UHGV virus genome: UHGV-0135199 | Source of the DNA: a virus | DNA length: 19,248 nt | Strand: one strand, 5' to 3' | In this document: positions 7,947-15,719 of the stretch, in pieces | Layout of the letters: each line of letters begins with the position of its first letter | How positions within the stretch are numbered: position 1 is the first letter of the stretch | Program-made: the position numbers and the translations under genes | The notes under the pieces: generated by a model | The model's input: the letters and a program-made list of their open reading frames with translations, nothing else | What the model was told of the DNA's origin: nothing | Databases searched by the model: none

Positions 7947-8842
7947 AAATCCACCCCGTAAATCCAGTCAGTGTTTGTCAGGTCGAGTTTTGGTTTGCTG
8001 GCTATCATGCCTGCCTGTTGCTTGTTACGGTTGATTTCGAGCTGGGTCCACTTGTCGCGGAGTTTGGCCGGACTCAGCACGTTACCGGACCAGAAGTTGT
8101 CCTGGCATGCCCAGCGGAACAGTACACACATATCGCGGTGGTTACGTCCGTCACGTTCACGCATCAGGCGGATATCGTTAGCCCACCCAGCAAAATTCGG
8201 TTTTCTGGCTGATGGTGCGATAGTCTTCACCATGTCAAACATCCACTCTGCGGCGGTCAGGTCTTCTGCTGTCCCCCACTTGCTGCCGCTCTGAATTGCA
8301 GCATCCGGTTTAACCACAGAAAGATCGTTTTCTGGCTGGTCAGAGGATTCGCCAGAATTCTCGGACGAATAATCTTTTCTTTTTTCTTTTGTAATAGTGT
8401 CTTTTGTGTCCCCCTGTTTTGAGGGATAGCAATCCCTCAATTTGAGGGATGTTTTATCCCTCGTTTTAGGGGATTTTCCCTCGTTTTGAGGGATACACCA
8501 TTCTGAGATGTTTTTATTTGGTCCAAACATGCCGCCTTGCTGCTTGATAATATTCATTCTGACGAGTTCTAACTTGGCTTCATTGCACCGTTTGACAGGT
8601 AACTTTGTAATCTCGCTAAGTTGAGAATCGGTGATTCTGTCCATTGGTTTATTCCACCCATAGGTTTTACGCAGAATGGCAAGCAGCACTTTAAACTGTC
8701 GCTTGGTCAGATCTGCGCCTGAATAAGCCTCAAGCAGCATATTTGATAGTCTGGCGTAACCATCATCGAGATCTGCCACATTACGCTCCTGTCCGGCAAA
8801 GTTACCTCTGCCGAAGTTGAGTATTTTTGCTGTATTTGTCAT
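7943..8842 (-). CDS. O: Replication initiator O
   Basis: From ATG at 8842: MTNTAKILNFGRGNFAGQERNVADLDDGYARL... matches lambda O; AGGAG SD upstream; contains the ori iterons. Confidence 0.95.
   Translation of the reverse strand: MTNTAKILNFGRGNFAGQERNVADLDDGYARLSNMLLEAYSGADLTKRQFKVLLAILRKTYGWNKPMDRITDSQLSEITKLPVKRCNEAKLELVRMNIIKQQGGMFGPNKNISEWCIPQNEGKSPKTRDKTSLKLRDCYPSKQGDTKDTITKEKRKDYSSENSGESSDQPENDLSVVKPDAAIQSGSKWGTAEDLTAAEWMFDMVKTIAPSARKPNFAGWANDIRLMRERDGRNHRDMCVLFRWACQDNFWSGNVLSPAKLRDKWTQLEINRNKQQAGMIASKPKLDLTNTDWIYGVDL
8375..8494. repeat. Replication origin (ori-lambda type): four iterons plus adjacent AT-rich region inside O
   Basis: Four ~18-19 bp inverted-repeat iterons (tcccctgttttgagggat, atccctcaatttgagggat, atccctcgttttaggggat, ttccctcgttttgagggat) at 8410..8494 with ~23 bp periodicity, flanked by a T-rich tract at 8375..8400. 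Confidence 0.85.
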
Positions 8843-8851
8843 AATGACTCC

Positions 8852-8919
8852 TGTGGATTGATCCAGTCTTTCTACATCAGGCCTCAAAACTGTTGCAGCA
8901 GTCTTGAGGCTTTTCTTTT
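8852..8919 (+). ncRNA. oop: OOP-like antisense RNA overlapping the 3' end of cII
   Basis: Plus-strand promoter-like hexamers (TTGAGT 8817-8822, CATAAT 8840-8845) followed by a strong intrinsic terminator (gcctcaa...ttgaggc + TTTTCTTTT, 8881..8919), at the position of lambda OOP RNA; transcript start is estimated. Confidence 0.45.
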
Positions 8920-9155
8920 GTCAGCACCATGGCTACTTTCTTTGCTAGCTTTGCTAATTCCTCGTCTTCAACACCCCACTCCAGCACAGCCAGAAGCATG
9001 GCCATCTTTGGGATAAAGCTGTCTTTCCATCGCGAAATTTGCGATTCATTAATCCCTAATGCATCAGCAACCTTTCGCTGACCACGTACAGCAATTCGAT
9101 TCAGGATGTTGCTTGTGATTGCATTCGCTTTCTTGCGAGTACTTGTAAGTTGCAT
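8877..9155 (-). CDS. cII: Transcriptional activator cII (P22 c1-like)
   Basis: From ATG at 9155: MQLTSTRKKANAITSNILNRIAVRGQRKVADALGINESQISRWK... with HTH; position between cro and O; ORF-track N-terminal extension rejected. Confidence 0.85.
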   Translation of the reverse strand: MQLTSTRKKANAITSNILNRIAVRGQRKVADALGINESQISRWKDSFIPKMAMLLAVLEWGVEDEELAKLAKKVAMVLTKEKPQDCCNSFEA

Positions 9156-9213
9156 ATGTAAGTATTTCCTTAACAAATAAGAAGTTATACGCACCAACTG
9201 ATGCGCGTTGTAT

Positions 9214-9257
9214 TCCCGCATTTCGGCGGGAATAAGGACCATGACTGTTAAAGAGCA
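9214..9257 (-). promoter_or_regulatory. nutR site (boxA GCTCTTTAACA + boxB hairpin)
   Basis: On the minus strand, boxA-like TGCTCTTTAACAG followed after ~13 nt by hairpin tcccgc-cgaaat-gcggga; boxB is identical to the nutL copy. Confidence 0.7.
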
Positions 9258-9263
9258 ATTTGC

Positions 9264-9449
9264 TTATGCTGCTTTGCGATAAGCACTTTCTTGATACTTC
9301 AGGGCGCCAGCTGTAACGACTTCCAGTCGATAGGCGTCTTTCTCTGGGATGACTTCCTTCCACTGAGAGACTGCTGCATCGCTAATGCCTAACGCTTTAG
9401 CTACCGCACGCTGGGTTCCGAAGTGGTCGATAACATCTTTCTTGTACAT
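9264..9449 (-). CDS. cro: Cro repressor (P22-type)
   Basis: MYKKDVIDHFGTQRAVAKALGISDAAVSQWKEVIPEKDAYRLEVVTAGALKYQESAYRKAA matches P22 Cro as recalled. Confidence 0.9.
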   Translation of the reverse strand: MYKKDVIDHFGTQRAVAKALGISDAAVSQWKEVIPEKDAYRLEVVTAGALKYQESAYRKAA

Positions 9450-9463
9450 AGACTCGCTCCGAA

Positions 9464-9529
9464 ATTAAAGAACACTTAAATTATCTATCAAAGGAATCTT
9501 AAGTCAAGTTTATTTAAGATGTCTTAACT
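9464..9529. promoter_or_regulatory. Right operator region: three 18-bp P22-type operators with divergent pR (minus) and pRM (plus)
   Basis: Operators ATTAAAGAACACTTAAAT (9464-9481), ATCAAAGGAATCTTAAGT (9487-9504), ATTTAAGATGTCTTAACT (9512-9529), all with AAG at positions 5-7 and CTT at 12-14; pR hexamers on minus strand: -35 TTGACT (9507..9502), 17 bp spacer, -10 ATAATT (9484..9479). Confidence 0.75.
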
Positions 9530-10180
9530 ATGAATACACAACTGATGGGTGAGCGTATTCGCGCTCGCAGAAAAGAACTTAAGATTAGGCAGGCTGCCCT
9601 TGGCAAGATGGTTGGCGTGTCTAATGTTGCTATTTCCCAATGGGAGCGTTCTGAAACTGAGCCCAATGGCGAAAACCTATTGGCTTTAGCCAAGGCTTTA
9701 CAGTGCTCCCCTGATTACTTGTTGAAAGGAGAAGATAGTCTTTCAAACATTGCCTATCACAGCAGGCATGATCCAAGAGGTTCGTATCCTCTAATTAGTT
9801 GGGTAAGCGCAGGATGTTGGATGGAAGCTGTAGAGCCATATCATAAGCGTGCAATAGATAACTGGTACGATACAACCGTAGATTGTTCAGAAGATTCGTT
9901 TTGGCTGGACGTAAAGGGTGATTCGATGACGGCTCCAGCCGGTCTTAGCATCCCGGAAGGGATGATAATACTAGTCGATCCTGAAGTAGAACCTCGTAAT
10001 GGGAAGCTGGTAGTGGCAAAGCTCGAAGGAGAAAACGAGGCAACTTTCAAGAAGTTAGTTATTGATGCTGGCAGAAGGTTTCTAAAACCACTTAACCCAC
10101 AATATCCGATGATTGAGATCAACGGGAACTGCAAAATCATCGGTGTAGTTGTCGATGCAAAAATAGCAAACCTTCCATAA
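9530..10180 (+). CDS. c2: Prophage repressor, P22 c2-type (HTH plus LexA-like S24 autocleavage domain)
   Basis: MNTQLMGERIRARRKELKIRQAALGKMVGVSNVAISQWERSE... through ...GNCKIIGVVVDAKIANLP matches P22 C2 as recalled. Confidence 0.95.
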   Translation: MNTQLMGERIRARRKELKIRQAALGKMVGVSNVAISQWERSETEPNGENLLALAKALQCSPDYLLKGEDSLSNIAYHSRHDPRGSYPLISWVSAGCWMEAVEPYHKRAIDNWYDTTVDCSEDSFWLDVKGDSMTAPAGLSIPEGMIILVDPEVEPRNGKLVVAKLEGENEATFKKLVIDAGRRFLKPLNPQYPMIEINGNCKIIGVVVDAKIANLP

Positions 10181-10200
10181 GGGGCATTCGCCCCTTTTTT
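10181..10200 (+). terminator. Intrinsic terminator after the repressor gene
   Basis: ggggc-attc-gcccc hairpin immediately followed by TTTTTTT. Confidence 0.7.
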
Positions 10201-10244
10201 TCTTTCCTTTAAAAATCAAAGCAAAACTTAAACTTCGCAATAAA

Positions 10245-10298
10245 ATTTAAGTTTTCTTCAAAAATACCCTTGACCAATAATTAAAGAAATCTTAAATT
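10245..10298. promoter_or_regulatory. Left operator region and pL promoter
   Basis: Operators ATTTAAGTTTTCTTCAAA (10245-10262) and ATTAAAGAAATCTTAAAT (10280-10297); pL -35 TTGACC (10270-10275), 17 bp spacer, -10 TAAATT (10293-10298) on the plus strand toward N. Confidence 0.65.
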
Positions 10299-10343
10299 TA
10301 AGTCATCAGCAGGACGCTGGTAGCCAAACGGAACAGATTGGCA

Positions 10344-10385
10344 GGCTCTTTAACATTGATGGGATTGTCCCGCCGAAATGCGGGA
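10344..10385 (+). promoter_or_regulatory. nutL site (boxA GGCTCTTTAACA + boxB hairpin)
   Basis: boxA-like motif at 10344-10355; hairpin tcccgc-cgaaat-gcggga at 10368-10385, identical to the nutR boxB. Confidence 0.7.
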
Positions 10386-10492
10386 ACCAAAGAGTAGTTG
10401 GCTTTGGGGTGACGTGAAGTGCAGCTGCACGACGGCAACCGGAAGATAAGCACCCGGCGCGTCACCGCCAAAGTCAATCATCGGAGGTCAAC

Positions 10493-10765
10493 ATGGCAGT
10501 AGTCATTACATATCTGGCTGACGATAACGCCAGAAATCGCCGCAGAGCACGCAGACAGGCTCAACGTGAGCAGGCAATGCAAGAACAGCGACTGGCGCGA
10601 AAAATTGCGCTAAAGCTCTCTGGTTGCGTCAGAGCAGACAAAGCAGCATCACTCGGAAGCCTTCGCTGCAAGAAGGCAGATGAATGCAGTGGAAGTATTT
10701 GCCTGCCAAACGTAGCCATTTACGCGGCAGGCTACCGGAAATCAAAACAACTGACGGCGAGATGA
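10493..10765 (+). CDS. N: N-like transcription antiterminator (P22 gene 24 type)
   Basis: Arginine-rich motif NARNRRRARRQAQREQA near the N-terminus; C-terminus ...LPNVAIYAAGYRKSKQLTAR matches P22 gp24 as recalled; GGAGG SD; located just downstream of pL/nutL. Confidence 0.8.
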   Translation: MAVVITYLADDNARNRRRARRQAQREQAMQEQRLARKIALKLSGCVRADKAASLGSLRCKKADECSGSICLPNVAIYAAGYRKSKQLTAR

Positions 10766-10781
10766 TAAATTCATTTGCTAA

Positions 10782-11363
10782 TTACTTGTTTTTGCCATGC
10801 TTATCCTGAGCGATAAGTTCATCCATAAGGCTGTCTGCCTTCCCGGCAAACCTAATGTAGCACTCATGTCTATAGCTTTCAGGGATAACGAAACGGTCGG
10901 TATCAGGATATCCAACAGCAGGAGGCCTTCGAACGAGGAGTCCTTTTTTGAGCAATGAAATTGATTCATGAGCTCCCTTTTCCGTTTGTAGCTGGTTATT
11001 AGCGGCTACAGCGAATGCCAAATACGCTCTTTCTCCAAGAGTTAATGAATCAAACAAATCTTGCACATATTTTTCTTCTTTAGATTTGCGCTTCTGAGCA
11101 GCGGATACCTCAATTCTTTCAGTCACAGCGTGATAAGCGGAATTAACAACGCCGTTAAGCACATAGCTAACGCAAAACAACAGGATGTAATACATCCAGT
11201 AATGAGGAAGGATTTCTGGATTATGCAGGTTTATCCATTCTTTTACGCTTACCGGCATAACAATAATCAATATGATCAGGATGATTAGCATATGAATCAA
11301 CTGTTTAAGTGTCATTCCTTGCAGGAAAAAATGCATTAGTTCCTGCCACCATGAGTTGTTCAT
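10782..11363 (-). CDS. sieB: Superinfection exclusion protein B
   Basis: MNNSWWQELMHFFLQGMTLKQLIHMLIILIILIIVMPVSVKEWINLHNPEILPHYWMYYILLFCVSYVL... matches lambda/P22 SieB as recalled; hydrophobic N-terminal segments. Confidence 0.85.
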   Translation of the reverse strand: MNNSWWQELMHFFLQGMTLKQLIHMLIILIILIIVMPVSVKEWINLHNPEILPHYWMYYILLFCVSYVLNGVVNSAYHAVTERIEVSAAQKRKSKEEKYVQDLFDSLTLGERAYLAFAVAANNQLQTEKGAHESISLLKKGLLVRRPPAVGYPDTDRFVIPESYRHECYIRFAGKADSLMDELIAQDKHGKNK

Positions 11364-11506
11364 CGGCGTTTCTCTTTTGCTCTCTGTAGGGGTGAATAGA
11401 GTTTATCCGATTTCTCGCTGTAGGGGTACATGAGAACCACCGAGCCTGATGTGGTTAAAAGACAGGCACAATCTTTACTACCACAATCCACTATTTAAGG
11501 TGATAT

Positions 11507-11593
11507 ATGGAAGAAGAATTTGAAGAGTTCGAAGAGCATCCTCAGGATGTGATGGAACAATACCAGGACTATCCGTATGACTACGACTATTGA
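11507..11593 (+). CDS. Small acidic peptide (28 aa), probably the lambda orf28 equivalent
   Basis: Hand-translated MEEEFEEFEEHPQDVMEQYQDYPYDYDY; AGGTGA SD 5 nt upstream; 3' end overlaps the ral start. Confidence 0.4.
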   Translation: MEEEFEEFEEHPQDVMEQYQDYPYDYDY

Positions 11594-11777
11594 TACAAAT
11601 CAATGGTGTGGACAATTCAAACGATGCAATGGATGCAAGCTGCAATCGGAATGCATGGTTAAGCCTGAAGAAATGTTTCCTGTAATGGAAGATGGGAAAT
11701 ATGTCGATAAATGGGCAATACGAACGACGGCAATGATTGCCAGAGAATTTGACAAACAGAACAACAAGGCTGCCTGA
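11577..11777 (+). CDS. ral: Restriction alleviation protein Ral
   Basis: MTTTIDTNQWCGQFKRCNGCKLQSECMVKPEEMFPVMEDGKYVDKWAIRTTAMIAREFDKQNNKAA matches lambda Ral as recalled. Confidence 0.9.
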   Translation: MTTTIDTNQWCGQFKRCNGCKLQSECMVKPEEMFPVMEDGKYVDKWAIRTTAMIAREFDKQNNKAA

Positions 11778-11913
11778 TGGTAGCCTTTATCTTTGGCATA
11801 AACAACAGAATAAACACTGCACTGTGTATTCATTCCAACGAGTGAATACACGGAGCAATGTCGCTCGTAACTAAACAGGAGCCGACTTGTTCTGATTATT
11901 GGAAATCTTCTTT

Positions 11914-11940
11914 GCCCTCTAATGTGAGGGCGATTTTTTA
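11914..11940 (+). terminator. Intrinsic terminator in the pL operon (tL1-like)
   Basis: gccctc-taatgt-gagggc hairpin followed by GATTTTTTA. Confidence 0.6.
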
Positions 11941-11959
11941 TCTGTGAGGATATGAACAG

Positions 11960-12328
11960 ATGTCAAACATCAAAAAATACATCATTGATTACGACTGGAA
12001 AGCATCAATAGAAATTGAAATCGACCATGACGTAATGACAGAGGAAAAACTTCACCAGATTAATAATTTCTGGTCAGACTCTGAATACCGACTAAATAAA
12101 CACGGTTCTTTATTAAATGCTGTATTAATCATGCTGGCGCAACATGCTCTGCTTATAGCAATTTCGAAAGACTTAAATGCATATGGTGTTGTGTGTGAGT
12201 TCGACTGGAATGATGGAAATGGTCAGGAAGGATGGCCTCCAATGGATGGTAGCGAAGGAATAAGAATTACCGATATCGATACATCAGGAATATTTGATTC
12301 AGATGATATGACTATCAAAGCCGCCTGA
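11960..12328 (+). CDS. ea10: Ea10-like protein
   Basis: MSNIKKYIIDYDWKASIEIEIDHDVMTEEKLHQINNFWSDSEYRL... matches lambda Ea10 as recalled; position between ral and cIII. Confidence 0.8.
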   Translation: MSNIKKYIIDYDWKASIEIEIDHDVMTEEKLHQINNFWSDSEYRLNKHGSLLNAVLIMLAQHALLIAISKDLNAYGVVCEFDWNDGNGQEGWPPMDGSEGIRITDIDTSGIFDSDDMTIKAA

Positions 12329-12400
12329 GCGCGGCGTTACCGCATACCAATTACGCTTCACTCGAGGCGTTTTTCGTTATGTATAAATAAGGAGCACACC

Positions 12401-12565
12401 ATGCAATATGCCATTGCAGGGTGGCCTGTTGCTGGCTGCCCTTCCGAATCTTTACTTGAACGAATCACCCGTAAATTACGTGACGGATGGAAACGCCTTA
12501 TCGACATACTTAATCAGCCAGGAGTCCCGAAAAATGGATCAAACAATTATGGCTATCCAGACTAA
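12401..12565 (+). CDS. cIII: cIII (inhibitor of FtsH-mediated cII degradation)
   Basis: Hand-translated [54 protein letters not shown]; AAGGAG SD; not on the ORF track (54 aa). Confidence 0.9.
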   Translation: MQYAIAGWPVAGCPSESLLERITRKLRDGWKRLIDILNQPGVPKNGSNNYGYPD

Positions 12566-12677
12566 ATTCACTATCGCCACTTTTATTGGCGATGAAAAGA
12601 TGTTTCGTGAGGCCGTCGACGCTTATAAAAAATGGATATTAATACAGAAACTGAGATCAAGCAAAAGCATTCACTAA
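12534..12677 (+). CDS. kil: Kil (host-killing, FtsZ-inhibiting protein)
   Basis: [47 protein letters not shown] matches lambda Kil; the ORF-track 89-aa extension is rejected; overlaps cIII 3' end as in lambda. Confidence 0.85.
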   Translation: MDQTIMAIQTKFTIATFIGDEKMFREAVDAYKKWILIQKLRSSKSIH

Positions 12678-13048
12678 CCCCCTTTCCTGTTTTCCTAATC
12701 AGCCCGGCATTTCGCGGGCGATATTTTCACAGCTATTTCAGGAGTTCAGCCATGAACGCTTATTACATTCAGGATCGTCTTGAGGCTCAGAGCTGGACGC
12801 GTCACTACCAGCAGATCGCCCGTGAAGAGAAAGAGGCAGAACTGGCAGACGACATGGAAAAAGGTCTGCCCCAGCACCTGTTTGAATCACTCTGCATCGA
12901 TCATTTACAACGCCACGGGGCCAGCAAAAAAGCCATTACCCGTGCGTTTGATGACGATGTTGAGTTTCAGGAGCGCATGGCAGAACACATCCGGTACATG
13001 GTTGAAACCATTGCTCACCACCAGGTTGATATTGATTCAGAGGTATAA
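12632..13048 (+). CDS. gam: Gam (RecBCD inhibitor); long form, with the shorter form starting at MNAYYIQD (12752)
   Basis: [55 protein letters not shown]... near-identical to lambda Gam as recalled. Confidence 0.95.
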   Translation: MDINTETEIKQKHSLTPFPVFLISPAFRGRYFHSYFRSSAMNAYYIQDRLEAQSWTRHYQQIAREEKEAELADDMEKGLPQHLFESLCIDHLQRHGASKKAITRAFDDDVEFQERMAEHIRYMVETIAHHQVDIDSEV

Positions 13049-13053
13049 AACGG

Positions 13054-13839
13054 ATGAGTACAGCACTCGCAACGCTGGCTGGGAAGCTGGCTGAACGTGT
13101 CGGCATGGATTCTGTCGACCCACAGGAACTGATCACCACTCTTCGCCAGACGGCATTTAAAGGTGATGCCAGCGATGCGCAGTTCATCGCATTGCTGATC
13201 GTCGCCAACCAGTACGGCCTTAATCCGTGGACGAAAGAAATTTACGCCTTCCCTGATAAGCAGAACGGCATCGTTCCGGTGGTGGGCGTTGATGGCTGGT
13301 CCCGCATCATCAACGAAAACCAGCAGTTTGACGGCATGGACTTTGAACAGGACAACGAATCCTGCACATGCCGGATTTACCGCAAAGACCGCAATCATCC
13401 GATCTGCGTTACCGAGTGGATGGATGAATGCCGCCGCGAACCATTCAAAACCCGCGAAGGCAGAGAAATCACCGGACCGTGGCAGTCGCATCCCAAACGG
13501 ATGTTACGGCATAAAGCCATGATTCAGTGTGCCCGTCTGGCCTTCGGATTTGCTGGTATCTATGACAAGGATGAAGCCGAGCGCATTGTCGAAAATACTG
13601 CATACACTGCAGAACGTCAGCCGGAACGCGACATCACTCCGGTTAACGATGAAACCATGCAGGAGATTAACACTCTGCTGATCGCCCTGGATAAAACATG
13701 GGATGACGACTTATTGCCGCTCTGTTCCCAGATATTTCGCCGCGACATTCGCGCATCGTCAGAACTGACACAGGCCGAAGCAGTGAAAGCTCTTGGATTC
13801 CTGAAACAGAAAGCCACTGAGCAGAAGGTGGCAGCATGA
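13054..13839 (+). CDS. bet: Bet (Red-beta single-strand annealing protein)
   Basis: [59 protein letters not shown]... matches lambda Bet. Confidence 0.95.
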   Translation: MSTALATLAGKLAERVGMDSVDPQELITTLRQTAFKGDASDAQFIALLIVANQYGLNPWTKEIYAFPDKQNGIVPVVGVDGWSRIINENQQFDGMDFEQDNESCTCRIYRKDRNHPICVTEWMDECRREPFKTREGREITGPWQSHPKRMLRHKAMIQCARLAFGFAGIYDKDEAERIVENTAYTAERQPERDITPVNDETMQEINTLLIALDKTWDDDLLPLCSQIFRRDIRASSELTQAEAVKALGFLKQKATEQKVAA

Positions 13840-14516
13840 CACCGGACATTATCCTGCAGCGTACCGGGATCGACGTGAGAGCTGTCGAACAGGGGGATGA
13901 TGCATGGCACAAATTACGGCTCGGCGTCATCACCGCTTCAGAAGTTCACAACGTGATAGCAAAGCCCCGATCAGGAAAGAAGTGGCCTGACATGAAAATG
14001 TCCTACTTCCACACCCTGCTAGCTGAGGTTTGCACCGGTGTGGCTCCGGAAGTTAACGCTAAAGCGCTGGCCTGGGGAAAACAGTACGAGAACGACGCCA
14101 GAACCCTGTTTGAGTTCACTTCCGGCGTAAATGTTATTGAATCCCCGATCATCTATCGCGACGAAAGTATGCGCACCGCCTGCTCTCCCGATGGTTTATG
14201 CAGTGACGGCAATGGCCTTGAGCTGAAATGCCCGTTTACCTCCCGGGATTTCATGAAATTCCGGCTCGGTGGTTTCGAGGCCATAAAGTCGGCTTACATG
14301 GCCCAGGTGCAGTACAGCATGTGGGTGACGCGAAAAGATGCCTGGTACTTTGCCAACTATGACCCGCGTATGAAGCGTGAAGGCCTGCATTATGTCGTGA
14401 TTGAGCGGAATGAAAAGTATATAGCGAGTTTTGACGAGATGGTGCCGGAGTTCATCGAAAAAATGGACGAGGCACTGGCTGAAATTGGTTTTGTATTTGG
14501 GGAGCAATGGCGATGA
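13836..14516 (+). CDS. exo: Exo (Red-alpha 5'-3' exonuclease)
   Basis: [65 protein letters not shown]... matches lambda exonuclease. Confidence 0.95.
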   Translation: MTPDIILQRTGIDVRAVEQGDDAWHKLRLGVITASEVHNVIAKPRSGKKWPDMKMSYFHTLLAEVCTGVAPEVNAKALAWGKQYENDARTLFEFTSGVNVIESPIIYRDESMRTACSPDGLCSDGNGLELKCPFTSRDFMKFRLGGFEAIKSAYMAQVQYSMWVTRKDAWYFANYDPRMKREGLHYVVIERNEKYIASFDEMVPEFIEKMDEALAEIGFVFGEQWR

Positions 14517-14695
14517 AACATCCTCACGATAATATCCGCGTAGGCACGATCACTTTCGTCTACTCCGTTACGAAGCGAGGCTGGGTATTTCCCGGCCTTT
14601 CTGTTATCAGAAATCCACTGAAAGCACAGCGGCTGGCTGAGGAGATAAATAATAAACGGGGGGCTGTATGCACAAAGCATCTCCTGTTGAGTTAA
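14507..14695 (+). CDS. Lambda orf61-like hypothetical protein
   Basis: [62 protein letters not shown]; start overlaps the exo stop. Confidence 0.7.
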   Translation: MAMKHPHDNIRVGTITFVYSVTKRGWVFPGLSVIRNPLKAQRLAEEINNKRGAVCTKHLLLS

Positions 14696-14859
14696 GAACG
14701 AGTATCGAGATGGCACATAGCCTCGCTCAAATTGGAGTCAGGTTTGTGCCAATACCAGCAGAAACAGACGAAGAATTTCATACGTTAGCCACATCCCTTT
14801 CACAAAAGCTGGAAATGATGGTGGCGAAAGCAGAAGCAGATGAGAGAGACCAGGTATGA
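14668..14859 (+). CDS. Lambda orf63-like hypothetical protein
   Basis: [63 protein letters not shown]; overlaps neighbours on both sides. Confidence 0.7.
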   Translation: MHKASPVELRTSIEMAHSLAQIGVRFVPIPAETDEEFHTLATSLSQKLEMMVAKAEADERDQV

Positions 14860-14936
14860 CAACCACTGAATGCATTTTTCTGGCAGCGGGCTTCATATTC
14901 TGTGTGCTTATGCTTGCCGACATGGGGCTTGTTTAA
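14856..14936 (+). CDS. Possible 26-aa hydrophobic peptide coupled between orf63 and orf60a
   Basis: Hand-translated MTTTECIFLAAGFIFCVLMLADMGLV; ATG overlaps orf63 stop (ATGA), stop overlaps orf60a start (TAATG). Confidence 0.35.
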   Translation: MTTTECIFLAAGFIFCVLMLADMGLV

Positions 14937-15151
14937 TGACACCTCAGCAAGAAAACGCCCTTCGCAGCATTGCCCGTCAGGCTAATTCTGAAATCAAAAA
15001 AGCCAGACAGCAGTTTCCGGATAAAAACGTCGATGACATTTGCCGTAGCGTACTGAAGAAGCACCGCGAAACGGTAACGCTGATGGGATTCACACCGACT
15101 CATTTAAGCCTGGCGATCGGCATGTTAAACGGCGTTTTTAAGGAACGGTGA
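14936..15151 (+). CDS. Lambda orf60a-like hypothetical protein
   Basis: From ATG at 14936: MTPQQENALRSIARQANSEIKKARQQFPDKNVDDICRSVLKKHRETVTLMGFTPTHLSLAIGMLNGVFKER; an in-frame ATG at 14870 would give a longer product. Confidence 0.7.
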   Translation: MTPQQENALRSIARQANSEIKKARQQFPDKNVDDICRSVLKKHRETVTLMGFTPTHLSLAIGMLNGVFKER

Positions 15152-15173
15152 ACATGAAAAGCAAAATTATCAG

Positions 15174-15197
15174 GGAGCTACAGGCTCCTTTTTTATT
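15174..15197 (+). terminator. Intrinsic terminator downstream of orf60a
   Basis: ggagc-tacag-gctcc hairpin followed by TTTTTTATTATT. Confidence 0.5.
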
Positions 15198-15249
15198 ATT
15201 CGCATTTACCCTCAAGCGTATTAACCAACAATTCAGGGATTAATGAAAG

Positions 15250-15471
15250 ATGGCAGACATCATTGATTCAGCATCAGAAATCGAAGAATTACAGCGCAAT
15301 ACAGCAATAAAAATGCGTCGTCTGAACCACCAGGCTATATCTGCCACTCATTGTTGTGAGTGTGGCGATCCCATAGATGAACGAAGACGCCTGGTCGTTC
15401 AGGGTTGTCGGACTTGTGCAAGTTGCCAGGAAGATCTGGAGCTTATCAGTAAACAGAGAGGTTCGAAGTGA
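15250..15471 (+). CDS. TraR/DksA-family C4 zinc-finger protein (lambda orf73-like)
   Basis: MADIIDSASEIEELQRNTAIKMRRLNHQAISATHCCECGDPIDERRRLVVQGCRTCASCQEDLE...; CxxC-x17-CxxC zinc finger typical of TraR. Confidence 0.8.
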   Translation: MADIIDSASEIEELQRNTAIKMRRLNHQAISATHCCECGDPIDERRRLVVQGCRTCASCQEDLELISKQRGSK

Positions 15472-15719
15472 GCGTAATTCACTCTCAGGCACTGCGTGAA
15501 GCGGCAGAGCAGGCAATGCATGACAACTGGGGATTTGACGCGGACCTTTTCCATGAGCTGGTAACACCATCGATTGTGCTGACACTGCTGGATGAACGGG
15601 AAAGAAACCAGCAATACATCAAACGCCGCGACCAGGAGAACGAGGATATTGCGCTAACGGTGGGGAAACTGCGTGTTGAGCTGGAGACAGCAAAAATCAA
15701 AACTCAACGAGCAGCGTGA
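15468..15719 (+). CDS. Ea22-like protein, 83 codons ending at an in-frame TGA (possibly truncated)
   Basis: GTG start overlapping the orf73 stop; MSVIHSQALREAAEQAMHDNWGFDADLFHELVTPSIVLTLLDERERNQQYIKRRDQENEDIALTVGKLRVELETAKIKTQRAA; recalled as resembling the lambda Ea22 N-terminus. Confidence 0.55.
   Translation: MSVIHSQALREAAEQAMHDNWGFDADLFHELVTPSIVLTLLDERERNQQYIKRRDQENEDIALTVGKLRVELETAKIKTQRAA

Noticed and set aside
7219-8294. ORFs antisense to or nested in P and O (7219..7464, 7391..7630, 7705..8034, 7971..8294, 8018..8212)
   Set aside because: P and O are near-identical to lambda proteins; these are shadow frames
8877-9242. ORF-track 121-aa version of cII
   Set aside because: The conserved cII begins at MQLTSTRKK (9155); the upstream extension would run through nutR
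9064-9363. Minus-strand 99-aa ORF spanning the cII start and nutR
   Set aside because: Overlaps cII out of frame and covers the nutR site; no support
12408-12677. ORF-track 89-aa ORF
   Set aside because: Only the C-terminal 47 codons (kil, from 12534) are conserved; the N-terminal part is the out-of-frame overlap with cIII
12780-14923. Various ORFs antisense to or out of frame with gam, bet, exo, orf61, orf63 (for example 12936..13208, 13015..13491, 13617..13910, 14196..14507, 14390..14716, 14738..14923)
   Set aside because: Overlap near-identical lambda genes on the wrong strand or frame
15154-15243. 29-codon ORF MKSKIIRELQAPFLLFAFTLKRINQQFRD
   Set aside because: Spans the intrinsic terminator hairpin; more likely non-coding, though not excluded
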